A stretch of 61,326 nucleotides of DNA, counting the filler, from Hausera hauseri (Eukaryota), in the NCBI GenBank assembly GCA_046269625.1. It is 11 parts of 11 records of this genome, joined end to end, with 100 filler letters (N's around TTAATTAATTAA, not from the genome) between each part and the next. Parts side by side here need not be neighbours in the genome. Positions count along the whole stretch, not along the records: positions 50,054 to 56,894 come from JBJURY010059996.1; positions 56,995 to 61,326 come from JBJURY010631996.1; 9 more parts are not named here. One strand, 5' to 3'. The first letter of the stretch is position 1. Each line of letters opens with the position of its first letter. Of the stretch, positions 50,241 to 61,326 are shown one piece after another. The translations under genes were made by a program, and so were the position numbers. The notes below the pieces were generated by a model that was not told the origin of the DNA, searched no databases, and was given only the letters and a program-made list of their open reading frames with translations.

Positions 50241-50916
50241 TGTTCGTATAGTGGAAGTTGAATGTCTTTAACTACGGACGATGTGCCCGTAAACAATCTT
50301 TGTGTAGATGTCGTTTACGATTGGGTTTTGTCGCTAATCTTTTCCTCGTGACAAAGGTCACGCGTCATTAGACAAAATAGGTCATGAGACAAGCATGTCG
50401 AAAGCTTTTCCTCGTGATTGATGTTACGGGTCACTGCCCAAGGTCACTGACAAAGGTTGTTGATGACGTGTGCAAACATGTCGTGTGCAAACGTGCTGTG
50501 TACAAATACTGCTGACTTGGCTTTGTCTGTAAACGCTAACTCGGTCCTGTTTGTAAACGTTTAGGAAACAAGTTACAAGATTAGTAAAAGTTAGTGTTGT
50601 TAAGAAAAAAGGATTTATATTTGTAAAAGAATTTATGTCTAGTGTTTATATTCAACAATGTTAGTTTAAAAGTTAGTTTGGCGCCCACCGTGCGTCGGTT
50701 TTGCATCGATTGCGCATTTTGTTCCGCCTGTTTTCATCCATGGGGAAATTTTGCTATGGTCGCGGCCGCCGACCGATCCGTAAACACTAATGTTTATTCA
50801 ACCTAAAGTTCAACAGTTACTACCGTCGATTCATGAAATTCTGAAATTAATCATGTAACGGTTGAAGAGATACCCGAAAAGAAATACAACGTCTGGATAT
50901 TATAATCAGTCACGAA

Positions 50917-53700
50917 CAGTGGCGTACCAGGAGATTGTGGCGCCCGGGGCCGACTGATTGAATTGCGCTCTCCTCTAAAGAAATCTAGCGATTACCTTTT
51001 TTTAGACGTAACAGAAGAAATTTTTTAATTTGAAGAAACGCGGCTTATTTCGGAAAAATGCTACTTAATCTTTAAAAATAACCAACTTATTAAAACAGCT
51101 GTCACATTTATGGCATTAAGACTTGGATGTATGTATTTAGAGAAAACAACTGACAAGTTAGAGAAACAATACAACATACATAAGCAGTGTGTATCATCAC
51201 ACAACACTGTCTCAGATAAAAAGAAACACGAGAGGGTGGAGAACCCATGATTGTCACTGTGAGGTCATAAATCACAAATGTCGCTTACGATATTTAGCTG
51301 CTGCGAATTGCGCAATAACTGTATGAAAGTCAGTGGTGTCAGCAAGTTCCTTCTCAATGGAGATGATGGCGAGGGCATTCAATCTGGCTTACGACATTGT
51401 TGATCGCAAGTAAGACTTGATCAGCTTCACTTTGCTGAATGCTCTTTTACATGAGGCAACCGACAGAGGGAGGGTTAGAAAAATTTTAAGCGCAGTGTTG
51501 AGGTTACGAATTGCAGGAAGTCTTTTGCAGATAGTCTCGTTTGCATTTTGTCACTGTGAAATGCAATAAGTTCGTGACGGATACGTTTCATCTCTTCCAG
51601 TAGATCCTTACCATTGACGTGGGAGTGATACTTCTTGGCAAAGTTGGAAATTTCTTTTCCCAGGCGGTGTTCATTATATTCTGATAAGGTTATGAGGTCA
51701 TTACAGTTCAAGAAGCCGAAATCAGTTTGAATGGCATAGAGATCTTCAAAGCGGCGATTAATTTCAGCGATCATGTTGTCCAAAACTTCGGATAAATGTA
51801 TAGTCATTTTCTGCTGCGGAGTAATGTGGAAGCCATCATCTCTCGCTAGTTCACTGAGCATAGTCTTCGTTTGCGTCTTCTTTTCTCCATAGTAATGTTG
51901 ACACCATGTTCATCACACAGATTTTCAGCATACTGAACAGATTTTTGAACAACATTTTCTCGCATTTGTAAATGGGTAAGAAGGGCTGTCACCAGCTACC
52001 TGGAGGTTTTTGTTCGCCACATCCACCGTTCGTAGCACAGCATGCCACAGGTGCAAATGGGCAAGAAAAGAGAACTGAGACATCTGATCAATAAGAACTT
52101 CAGCATCAAAACGTGTTTCCGGTGTTTCATCTTGGCTAATAAGGTCTTCGAAGGCGGCAATGATTTCGGGATGTTGAGTAGCATATGAGATTAAGACTGT
52201 GAGCATTGTAGAGAACGTGACGAACTAGCGAATTCAATTGAGAAATATGAGTTCGAACAACCCGATTCTTGCCGGACATATTTGCAGCATTGTCGTAACT
52301 CTGAGCCATGTCATCTTGCAAGGGCAGCTGATCTTCTCTCAATTTGCCAATAATTTCTTCTGCAATTGCTTCTCCCGTCTTCCCGCGACATATAACAAAG
52401 TCGACAAAGCTTTCCAAGACTTTCTCAATTCCATCTCCAGCAATTTTGACATATCTGATTTGTTGTGCCATCTGCTTAACATGGGAGACGTCGGGAATTG
52501 TGTCAAACATTCTAGAGAAGTACTTAGCCTCTCGAATGTCGGCCAAAATGGTTGCACGAATTTTTCCAGCGATAAGAGAAATAAATTCATTTTGTATGTC
52601 ACAGACTCCTTCTAAGTGATATTAGACAGATGGGTTTTCAGAACACTGTCGTATTTCGAAGAAGCTTAACAGTCTCGCGGAAGTTACCAGCATTTGTCGA
52701 GTCTGCCAAACATTCTGAGTGGCCTCTGAAAGCCTAATTTGTCTTTGCAAAATACAGTACGATATCAAAGATGCGCTTTAATATCTGCGTCCATGTGTTC
52801 CTTTACTCTTCTATTTCTCTCTGCAATGCATTATCCAAGGTTCCCTCATGTTTTATACCTGCCTGCAGATTTTTCCACAGATGAAAGGCCTTCTTGTGCT
52901 GTATTGAATTTTCGTGTTCGCTAATTCTTGGATTTTGTTTTCTCCATGTTGAAAATCCCTCCTTGCTGTTAAATGCAAATTTCATTTCCAATGAAAAAAG
53001 AATGCAAGGGAAGCAAAATGCTGCAAATTTCCTAAGTGAATAATACCGCCATGATCTTGGAACCGTAGTCCAATTCTGAAGAACTTTTGTGAACCATACT
53101 ATTGACAATCATCGTCCATTTTCTGATTTCGCAAAGTGAGTATCCCTATTGCAAAATGTTTGTAGGCCGCGACGAACTAATTCACATCGAATATTGTCCG
53201 GAATGGGTAGGGGCCATTCTCCTACGTCGTCAAGCATTTCAAGACATTGGTTCACCTCATTGGCATCTGCGTGCTGCGCCTGTTCTAAATGATATGTTGG
53301 CTGCAGAATATGTTTGGAAATTGTGTTAAGGCCATCATCTGTGGTTGCTGGTGCTGTCTCTGTCAAGCTCTCAACCATCCTTCCTCCCGTGTCGATGGCC
53401 TCATTCCCATTAACAATCATTATCTTCTCACCGCCACGTTCCACTTGTTGCTCTTCTATCAGTGCATCCTCTTCCTTCTGAAGTCTGCTGACACAGTGGG
53501 CAGTGACGCAGATGGTTTATGGAGTCACGCATCAAGTAGCCTGGGTGCCTTTGCGTTTTCATTAGCCTCTTCCCGTCTCCTTTTCCTGACTTTAGTGCCA
53601 CTTTCTTTCCGTTGCAATGATTGCATTGGCAGCTTCATAATGATTAACCTTCAACCAGAGAATTATATAGGACAAACAACTTTGAAGAGATCTAACAATA
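50917..53700 (-). mobile_element. hAT (Tip100/ZMYM1-type) DNA transposon; decayed transposase at 53626-51272
   Basis: Terminal CAGTGGCGTA at 50917; TTF-type zinc finger (AFCFPCILF..GFSTW), AKYFSRMFDTIPDVSH..IRYV, QSYDNAANMSG, AHSLNL, and dimerisation domain TLPLSVASCKRAFSKVKLIKSYLRSTM..RLNALAIISIE. The second TIR was not found. Confidence 0.92.
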
Positions 53701-54099
53701 AGTAAGAAGGCACAATTAAACAAGTAGGTACTTACATTATATATAGGTTGTGCAGTCAACAACTGATGAGAAAAGGTTGGTAACAAATTTAATTAAATGG
53801 TATCAGACTGACCGTCATATTGACTTTTGATGATAATGACTTTATCGTGTGTTGGCTGCGTGCGCATCCACGCCGTCCACATCGTCGCCCAGCTTGGGGA
53901 GGATTGGAAAATCTCCGCCTCCTGGTATATCCGCAGAAGCGGAATTGGATCGTTTGTAATTGCTCATTGAAAAGCAACACCAGTTGTTGAAAATTTTATT
54001 ATAATCCAAAATACTTATTTGGAAACAAATTTTCCCAAATTCTAAATTTAAATTATACCTTTAATGTTACACCTTTGAATTAAATTTTTTTTAATTTAA

Positions 54100-55246
54100 A
54101 AATGTTTCTAATTTAAATTTAGAATTTTCGTTCTCGATTATATCCTCACAGAGGACAACTTATTGACGAGGTTTCGAAATAACTCTTGTCAGAAGCTACA
54201 GAATGTTTGAAATGGCACTTGAAAATTTTGACGATGGGTTGTAGCTCTTCTGGCGACATTCGTTCCCATTCACGGCGTATTGGCTGCTTCGCCGATTCTA
54301 AGGTTTTGTGATGCTTAGCACGATTCCGAGCCTTCAAAATGGATCACACGTTGTTTTCCATCGGATTGAGATCTGGCAACTAAGGTGTCCATTTTTCAGA
54401 TGTGATGAAACTCGAAAAATGGACCCGGCACCACTCCTGAATCATTTTTGCCTGTGTGCCGGGGCTAAATCCTGCTGAAACATCCACTCCGCATCCCTGG
54501 AGTTATGTTGTGTCAAACGATGTTCCATAGCCTCGATAGTTCCGCGTCAGTATAAGTTCCAGTTGACGTTAACTCCTTGATCTTGCCGCTTTAGCAAATG
54601 CCGCCTTAAGCCATAACGGACTACGGATTTTGGCGATTCTCGATGACAAGATTGCGTTGTTTATCTTGTGTGCTTGCCTCATTGTGAACATCTTTTCGTT
54701 TGTGAAGAAAATGCGCTCCCACTGCTGACTTGTGGCCAAACGCTGAAGTTAGTGATATCTTTGGAGCCGAATGCAGTTTTCTTCATCAGTGAGATGCTGA
54801 ATTTTTTCAGCTTGAACACATTGAGATTGAGCTCATTTTTGCCCATCTGCCTACTGCTTTGCAATTGATGCCGATTTCATTAATGTTCTTTCTCATGGAG
54901 ATCCACTTCTTGATGATCTTGTGGTTCGCGGAAGCATTGCCGGTGCGTTTCCATCCTTTTCTCGGATTGTCGCCTCTATGACCTCGTTTTGCACAGTTTG
55001 TTGAGGCCCATTGAGCAGACTTACAATTTCAAATTGACGCTTTCCTTCACGAAGATACTCCAAAATAGCAACACATTTGCTATATATTCGCAAGAAACAG
55101 CATAATTAAGCAGTATCAAACCGAATATATACACATTAATACAAAACGGATATAGAACTTACGAAAAGAAAAATTATTTATGAGCTAAAATACTTTCGTT
55201 TCGAGATACAGTAAACTTTAACTCCGTTATTTTGTACCACCCTGTA
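54100..55246 (-). mobile_element. Tc1/mariner DNA transposon, decayed
   Basis: TA-CAGGGTGGTACAAAA terminus (55246 leftwards); IFFTNEKMFT, FQQDLAPAH, LPDLNPME..SILKAR..LESAKQPIRREW. Confidence 0.88.
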
Positions 55247-56391
55247 TGTATTTCTAATTATTACAGAAATGGAATTTTATTTATTTACCTGCAACTGTAA
55301 ACATTTACAATGAGTATATTGATATCATCTTCGAAATTAACCAAGTATCAGCCTCTATAGGTTTGAACCATTGTTACATCTGCTAAAGGTCTGGAGATAT
55401 TAGCACCAAATGTCGATGAGACATTTGTCACAAATTTGCTTTTAATTCTCATTGAGAAATAATGAAACAGGTTAAATATAATATTTTCATTTTGTACATG
55501 TTTTAAAATTGGATGTATTTAATATTTAGAAGTTTTAGTATTTCTTTCTTTCTGTTCTCATTTCTTCCTTTCAACAATATTTTAACTAGTCGAAATGTTA
55601 GTTCTGATATTAACATTAGGTGATGAAAAATCTATTGCCAAATGCATAAACACATTAACTGCAATTTTTGAAAACCATGCTTTTGTTACCACAGCGATCT
55701 CAGTTACCCAAATTTTCCACGTTTGTATTTTTTCAAAACATGGTGGCTGTGGAGTTTTGTCAAATATCTTTTTCTCATTATCTATTTTGGAGCAGATTGT
55801 GTGTTTTTGCATTTGACAGTCGGAATATCTGAAATTGTTACTAAAAATAATAGAGGATTGATTAATAGTTTGTAATCAATTACAAATGATATTCTTAAAA
55901 TAAACTAATATCTGAACAAAAACAAATTGTCTTCAGATTTAAATTTAATTCCAATTTTTATCGTTAGCAATAAATTACTTGTTTATTACAACAATATCCG
56001 ATTCTTTGCTGATCACCATGTAAATATTAAATTTGGTTTTGCCGCAATGATATATCAGGATAGTGGACTATATCAGGATCAGGTCATTTTGGATAGTGGA
56101 TTGTTTGTAGTAGTAAAATTGTATTCATTCAAAATGGTTAACCGTGTCACATCTGTTTCAACTGAATATTATCTGGATAACATCTGGACCATTTTAAAAA
56201 TTGCTTAGAGAAAGAAATACCTTTACTTGAGAGCAATTATGAAATAATACTGAAAAAGAAACATTTCTTACTATCACTGGGCTTTTTATAACAAACAGTC
56301 AGAGACGTAAAATATTCTTCTTAATAATATGAAAAAATCTTTTCCTAATGAAGTAAAAACAACGCAATTTGAGCTTTTCAATGTTACACCT

Positions 56392-56530
56392 GCAGATGGA
56401 AGGGACACATTGCGTCAAGACCCCTCCCCTCCCCGCGGAAGAAAAAATCGATGTGGTTCGCGGATGAGCCATGGGTAGGAAAAACGATGCACACACGCAC
56501 GGTTAATAGGGAGGAGATGGATGGTACCCA
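56392..56530 (+). mobile_element. RTE-type LINE 3' remnant
   Basis: RWKGHIA followed by a degenerate W.P..GKR..GR..RW-like segment. Confidence 0.4.
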
Positions 56531-57584
56531 GTGATACACATGCAATCGTACTGTATGGATTTGAAGTGGTTTAAAAAATTTGAATTTCGCGCCAAAAATT
56601 TTTTTGTTTCAATTTTGGTTTTAACAATGGTGGCATACATTAAAAAATTAAGTGGCATACATTAAAAAATTAAAATCACAATTTTCTGGATACACACATA
56701 CACATGATTTTTTAACGATACACACATGCGCACATTTACTGTTTTAATATGTTACGTTGCGGCTTATTATTTATTTACCAGGTTACTAAGCAACAGAGCG
56801 AAAAAATAGAAATATTTTACGTTGTGGTATATTAAATAAATTATTCAACACATTTTTGTCCTCTAACAACAGTATTTGCGTTGAATGAGAATTANNNNNN
56901 NNNNNNNNNNNNNNNNNNNNNNNNNNNNNNNNNNNNNNTTAATTAATTAANNNNNNNNNNNNNNNNNNNNNNNNNNNNNNNNNNNNNNNNNNNNAAAAGA
57001 ATGTAATTAAAGTGAAATGCAGTTAATACTGGTATAGTCAAATGTGTATAAAATCGTGTGGGGTTTTTTAATGGAAATTATTGGTATCTACATTAATTAT
57101 TACTGAGGAATCAGTACCAGAGGCATTTCCATTAATGCCCCACTCCACATTTCATTAGCCACCGAACAGGCATAAATCCCCCTCCGATGATCTAAGTATC
57201 TTTACGGCCAAAATACTTTTTTTTTCTCTCTCTCGTAGACAATGAATTTACATTTAAGTCTCTCAATGGACTGTACAGATAGATTACGTAGTCTTTCATC
57301 GTTCATTTAAATCCCTGATTCGTCTGATGTGCTATCGGAAATGTTTTCGAACTGTATGTTGAAACAGCGGTAATTTATAAGATTCTCAATTTCACGACAT
57401 CGATTCACTTCTTACACAAAACATCGTGGTGCCTGAGAGGATTATTTTTGTGAGCATAGCTGTATCATCCAGATGTGGTTATTGAGCACGTATGAGCTGA
57501 ATATTTATTCTTTGATGAAATCATTTTGTTTTAACATACAGTCTGGTTTTGCTGGAAGGCACACTGGTGGTAAAGAAAAAAAAA

Positions 57585-57925
57585 TATAGTTTATAGTTTA
57601 GCCGAAGGGCCAACATCTTCACACAAGGACATGTATCCTTAAATGTTCCATTCTCCTCGATTCTGGAGGATCTCAGCTCAGTGCACTTACTCAGTTTCAC
57701 TGGATTTTTTCCTGGACCGGGCCGTTAGGCCTACTCTTTTTTTATTTCAACTACCAAGGGTTTTTAACGTGCACGACAATGTACACAGAGGTCCGATCTC
57801 ACTACCCAGAGACCTTGAGGATTTTTTTTTACTAGAAGATCCATGAGAAAAAAAGTCACCGGGATTTAAACCGTGTACTTCTAGCACTTGAGGTGGACCG
57901 TATTACCTCGAGACCACTCAGCCCC
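57585..57925 (-). mobile_element. tRNA-derived SINE with a Meta-like central motif
   Basis: Minus strand head GGCTGAGTGGTCTCGAGGT (A-box-like)..GGTTTAAATCCCGG (B-box-like), central GTGCACGTTAAAAACCC, and an (AAACTAT)n tail. Confidence 0.7.
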
Positions 57926-57939
57926 CAAAGAAGAAGGTC

Positions 57940-58190
57940 ACACAGTTATATAGTGCCTATACAGCTGTGGCTCACGAGAAGAATAATTAAAATATCCTGG
58001 ACACAGAAAAAGGCAAACGAATCTGTTTTGAAAGCAACTAATGAGAACAAAATTAATCATTTCCGATACAAGAAAACCCAGTCAAAATGCCTCAGAAATG
58101 TGGTAATAAAGTGGGGGGCGGGGGGGTGGGGGTTGGAAAACCTCAGAACAACCGGAAATAATAGCCCTGAATATCGCCAGCGTGGAGAAG
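57940..58190 (+). mobile_element. RTE LINE C-terminal ORF fragment
   Basis: LWLTRRIIKISWTQKKANESVL..GLENL..TG matches the RTE W..RR.L.ISW....NEEVL motif. Confidence 0.7.
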
Positions 58191-58571
58191 GAGGAGGCTG
58201 TATGTTGATTGAATATTCGGCATTCTGATCAGGAGGTGCTTTATTTTTTCAAAATATTTTTCAATTGTTTATTTGTGAAATTTTACGTCCATTGTGACTG
58301 TCCCCAGCCTTCTCTAATTGTTAATGCGATTACCAATATATAATGGGTTCATTTTAAATACTGTTATATCGCTATATAAAAAAATGAGTCGGAGTCTTAG
58401 ATTTCTGGTACGTCACCGCGGTCCTGGTTGTAAAGGTTTGAGTATTATTTCTTATCGTCAATTGTATATTGTACATGTTGTCGGTTCTATTTGTTTCCAT
58501 TTAGGTATTCCATGACAATAGCACGATCGTGCCTTGGTAACACCTTCACTTGTTTTTGTAAATAATGGTAG

Positions 58572-58790
58572 GATCATCATCATCATCATGAGGTGGCATG
58601 CTGTGAAGCGCAGGTCGTTATGGATCTCCATCTCGCGAGTCTTGGTGTCGCCAATCATCTCTGCTGTTGACTTACTTCGTTACCATTCACACAAACCATC
58701 CAGTCACTTCATCCTCTGTTGGTCGTCCCTTTCTTAGTTGAAACCTATTTCTTTTGTTGCCATTTTTCTCCTGTCTTTACTCATGTGTCA
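58572..58790 (-). mobile_element. RTE LINE 3' end with (TGA)n tail
   Basis: Minus strand ..GAGATGGAGATCCATAACGACC..ACAGCATGCCACCTCA(TGA)5, preceded by a GR..R..W.D-like remnant. Confidence 0.7.
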
Positions 58791-59069
58791 TTTGTTTTAA
58801 GGAAATAACCTAAAACAGTAATAAAATTTTCAGTTATTAATTTACTTTCAAGAGGAACAGAAGATTGAAGATCGTAGTGCTCCTCATGTTTGCCGACATC
58901 TCCATAGACAAACGTGAACTGACACAAAGACTACATATCTTTTATACTCTTATTTGCCTTCTTCTATTATACATGCACATAATAATCAGTTGTAATTGTC
59001 TGAGGTACTGTATACATTATTATGTTTATTGTAAGAAATCGTGTTTTATGAGACTACAATGTCGTCATG

Positions 59070-61326
59070 CAATAGAAAACTCACAAGAGGGCTAATCAAC
59101 AGGAGGATATCTGATCATCAGAAGTACACCCCCTTCGGACAAGTGTTTCGGCCCTCACTGAATTACAGTAATCTTTCGATAAGTCGTTTTCCGCTGAATC
59201 AATGAAACCTAACGATTAATGGGTACACACAATTTGCTAGTGTCTGTTTAAACAGTATAAGTATATTAATTCACGGGCCTTACAAACAGAACGATTTATG
59301 CAAGAAGGCATTACAGAGGTTGATGTACCTGTATCGTCTGAAAACGTACTTCATCCTCTATCGCCAACTACTTCTACATTCAATATAACTCAAGCAAAAA
59401 TCACAGCCACAGTGTCGTTCCAAACAGTCAAGTGAGTAGCTGAACGATAAACCGGTTAAATGTAAAACAGCAAAAACCAGCGTAAATGTAGTGTTCACAT
59501 CGTGCAAAAACGATTCACTTATTCCATCCGACAATTTTAGCTGGCTTGCACGGCGCCATGTTTTGAACGGAAATCATCTCTTTAATAATAAGCCACAGAT
59601 GAAAATTAGTAAAAGAAGTACATATCTGACAGTTTTAATTGCGTCCTGGTGTGCTCGTGCCCCGCCATGAAATGATTTTTATGATCCAGGTACCACTAAC
59701 ATTGCAACAATCGCGTTGTTTTTTAAGGCACGCTTCTACTGGACGCTAGTAAAACTATTATTTCCAAATTTTTGAGTTAAAATGTTTAATGGTTTTAAAA
59801 GGATTCAAGAGATTCGAATTTCGAAAAAAATGCAAGAGATTCGAATGCCCCATGTTTATTATATATATTATTAGAATCTTTCCCCATAGTCCTTCTTATG
59901 AAATGGGCATTGTAGGAGGCATAATCTAAAATGACTGTAGATNNNNNNNNNNACTGTTTCTGAAGTATTAGGTAGAGTTACATACCTTTGTAACCAAGAG
60001 ACAGTGCCTGGCTTCTTTTTTCGATGCTGTTTCTCCTGTTGTTGTTGGATCTCCTCATCGCCGAGCGTCAGCTCTTATAGATGAGCCTTGATAAGGGCTG
60101 AAGTCCTAAAAAGGACTATGGAGTAGTTGCGTTGAACATTTCTGCTGCCCCAGTGGAGTCTAGGAGGGTGGATGGGGTCCTCCAGGCTTTAGTGCAATGC
60201 TTGACCTCCTAGAAGTGATCCACCTCTCAAATGAGGACTGTGGTCGATCCTTCCAACGTTGTCCAGAATTGCTTGTGTTTCCAGGACGCACTGCGAGGAA
60301 GTTTTGAAAGGTCTTGGCCAGTATGTTGGTTCTTGGCCCTGAAGTAAAAATTTTCCAAAGAATACAATCAAAAGCTGGGAGAGATGAAATTGTTTTAGGA
60401 AATGGTAATGTTTCTGACTAAGGACAATAAGAGTATGTACGAACATTTCAAGCCTTTCTGGTATCCTACTACAATATCCATCACTATTACTCTTGAGATA
60501 AAGATGCAGCTGATCTAAACTGAAATTTGGTCGGCGACTGATGATTTTTATCATGAAGAGAATTAATGTTTTCCGTAAATATTTAGTTACTTAGTTAATT
60601 AGTGAAATAGATAGCTAGCTTGCTAGATAGTTAGTGAGACAGTCAGCAAGTCAGTAAATTAGTTAGTTAGTTTCTTATTTAATTAGTTGATTCGTTGGTT
60701 GGTTGATTGGCCCAAGACAGACAGCCATTAAGAAAGCCAACCACGTGTTAGGCAGACAACGCCCAGACCGATGATCAAATTCGTTATGGAGCCAAGTCAA
60801 ATCAAAGATCGTATAAAATGACTATTGTCCTTCAATGTGAAAGTTCAGAAAAGCCACAAGAGACGAAAGTCCACGGTACCCTTAATAGGTTCCTGACTGG
60901 TCTGATAGGGGACGCCCTCTGACCTGGAATAATGTCAGTAACTCGAGAACAGCGCACTCAACGAGTTGTCAGAACGCTGTCAATCAATAAATCCACCTGC
61001 ACGCGACAACCGACAATTCCAGCTCTCATTTGTTTATTCAGACCTTTTCTGTTTTCTGTATGACGCTCATTTCTAGCAATAGGTAAGAATAAAAAAACAT
61101 GCAGGTAGATTAGGGAATGTCATGTGTACAAAAGAAGGATAAAAAGTCGGCGTTGCGACCACTAGGTCTTCATTAGATAAAAAAAAAACAACATACAAGG
61201 AAATGTAAATTTGATAGTTACATAAATTCCATTTTACAAAATTGAAAGGAACAATAGAAAACTCACAAGAGAGCTAATCAACAGGAGGATATCTGATCAT
61301 CAGAAGAATACCCCCTTCGGACAAGT
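59070..61326. repeat. 75-bp direct repeat pair (59070-59144 and 61252-61326; the second runs off the window)
   Basis: CAATAGAAAACTCACAAGAG(G/A)GCTAATCAACAGGAGGATATCTGATCATCAGAAG..CCCCCTTCGGACAAGT, with 3 mismatches. Confidence 0.9.
60582..60710. repeat. Degenerate (TTAG/TTGG)n tetranucleotide microsatellite
   Basis: ttagttacttagttaattag..tagatagctagc..ttagttagttag..ttggttggttg. Confidence 0.7.

Noticed and set aside
50679-50696. TGGCGCCCACCGTGCGTC as a tRNA-Lys primer-binding site
   Set aside because: Three mismatches to TGGCGCCCAACGTGGGGC, no gag downstream and no confirmable LTR upstream.
53910-53937. Second TIR of the hAT element
   Set aside because: Only CTCCTGGTA matches; the terminal CGCCACTG is absent.
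55260-56390. Possible exons of a host gene
   Set aside because: Short ORFs on both strands without a consistent splice model or recognisable domain.

Overview
Eukaryotic (invertebrate animal) DNA and not a natural contiguous locus. Eleven short contigs (about 4-8 kb) are joined by artificial 100-bp spacers (44 N + TTAATTAATTAA + 44 N), so adjacency across spacers means nothing. Two apparently intact host genes with tiny (about 40-55 nt) GT-AG introns are present: a complete type IV collagen alpha chain (minus, 21729-15133) and a secreted, probably GPI-anchored Cys-rich protein (plus, 46306-48639). The rest is mostly decayed mobile DNA: a BEL/Pao LTR element, four Ty3/Gypsy copies, hAT, hATm-like and Tc1/mariner transposons, RTE LINE ends and a tRNA-SINE. 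There are also intronless broken fragments of host genes (DDX28, CDC5L, furry, FN3 repeats, ERH). Main discovery candidates: (1) three diverged CsRn1-clade Gypsy copies whose Gag is preceded by a ubiquitin-like domain ending in R-x-R-G-G, suggesting a Ubl-Gag precursor cut by host deubiquitinases; these copies also share a doubled CHCC zinc knuckle and a covarying -1 frameshift stem/pseudoknot; (2) a decayed chuvirus-type (gB-like) envelope glycoprotein at the end of a long unknown ORF that carries another ubiquitin-like domain and an AT-hook. All family assignments come from motif recognition by eye, not database searches.
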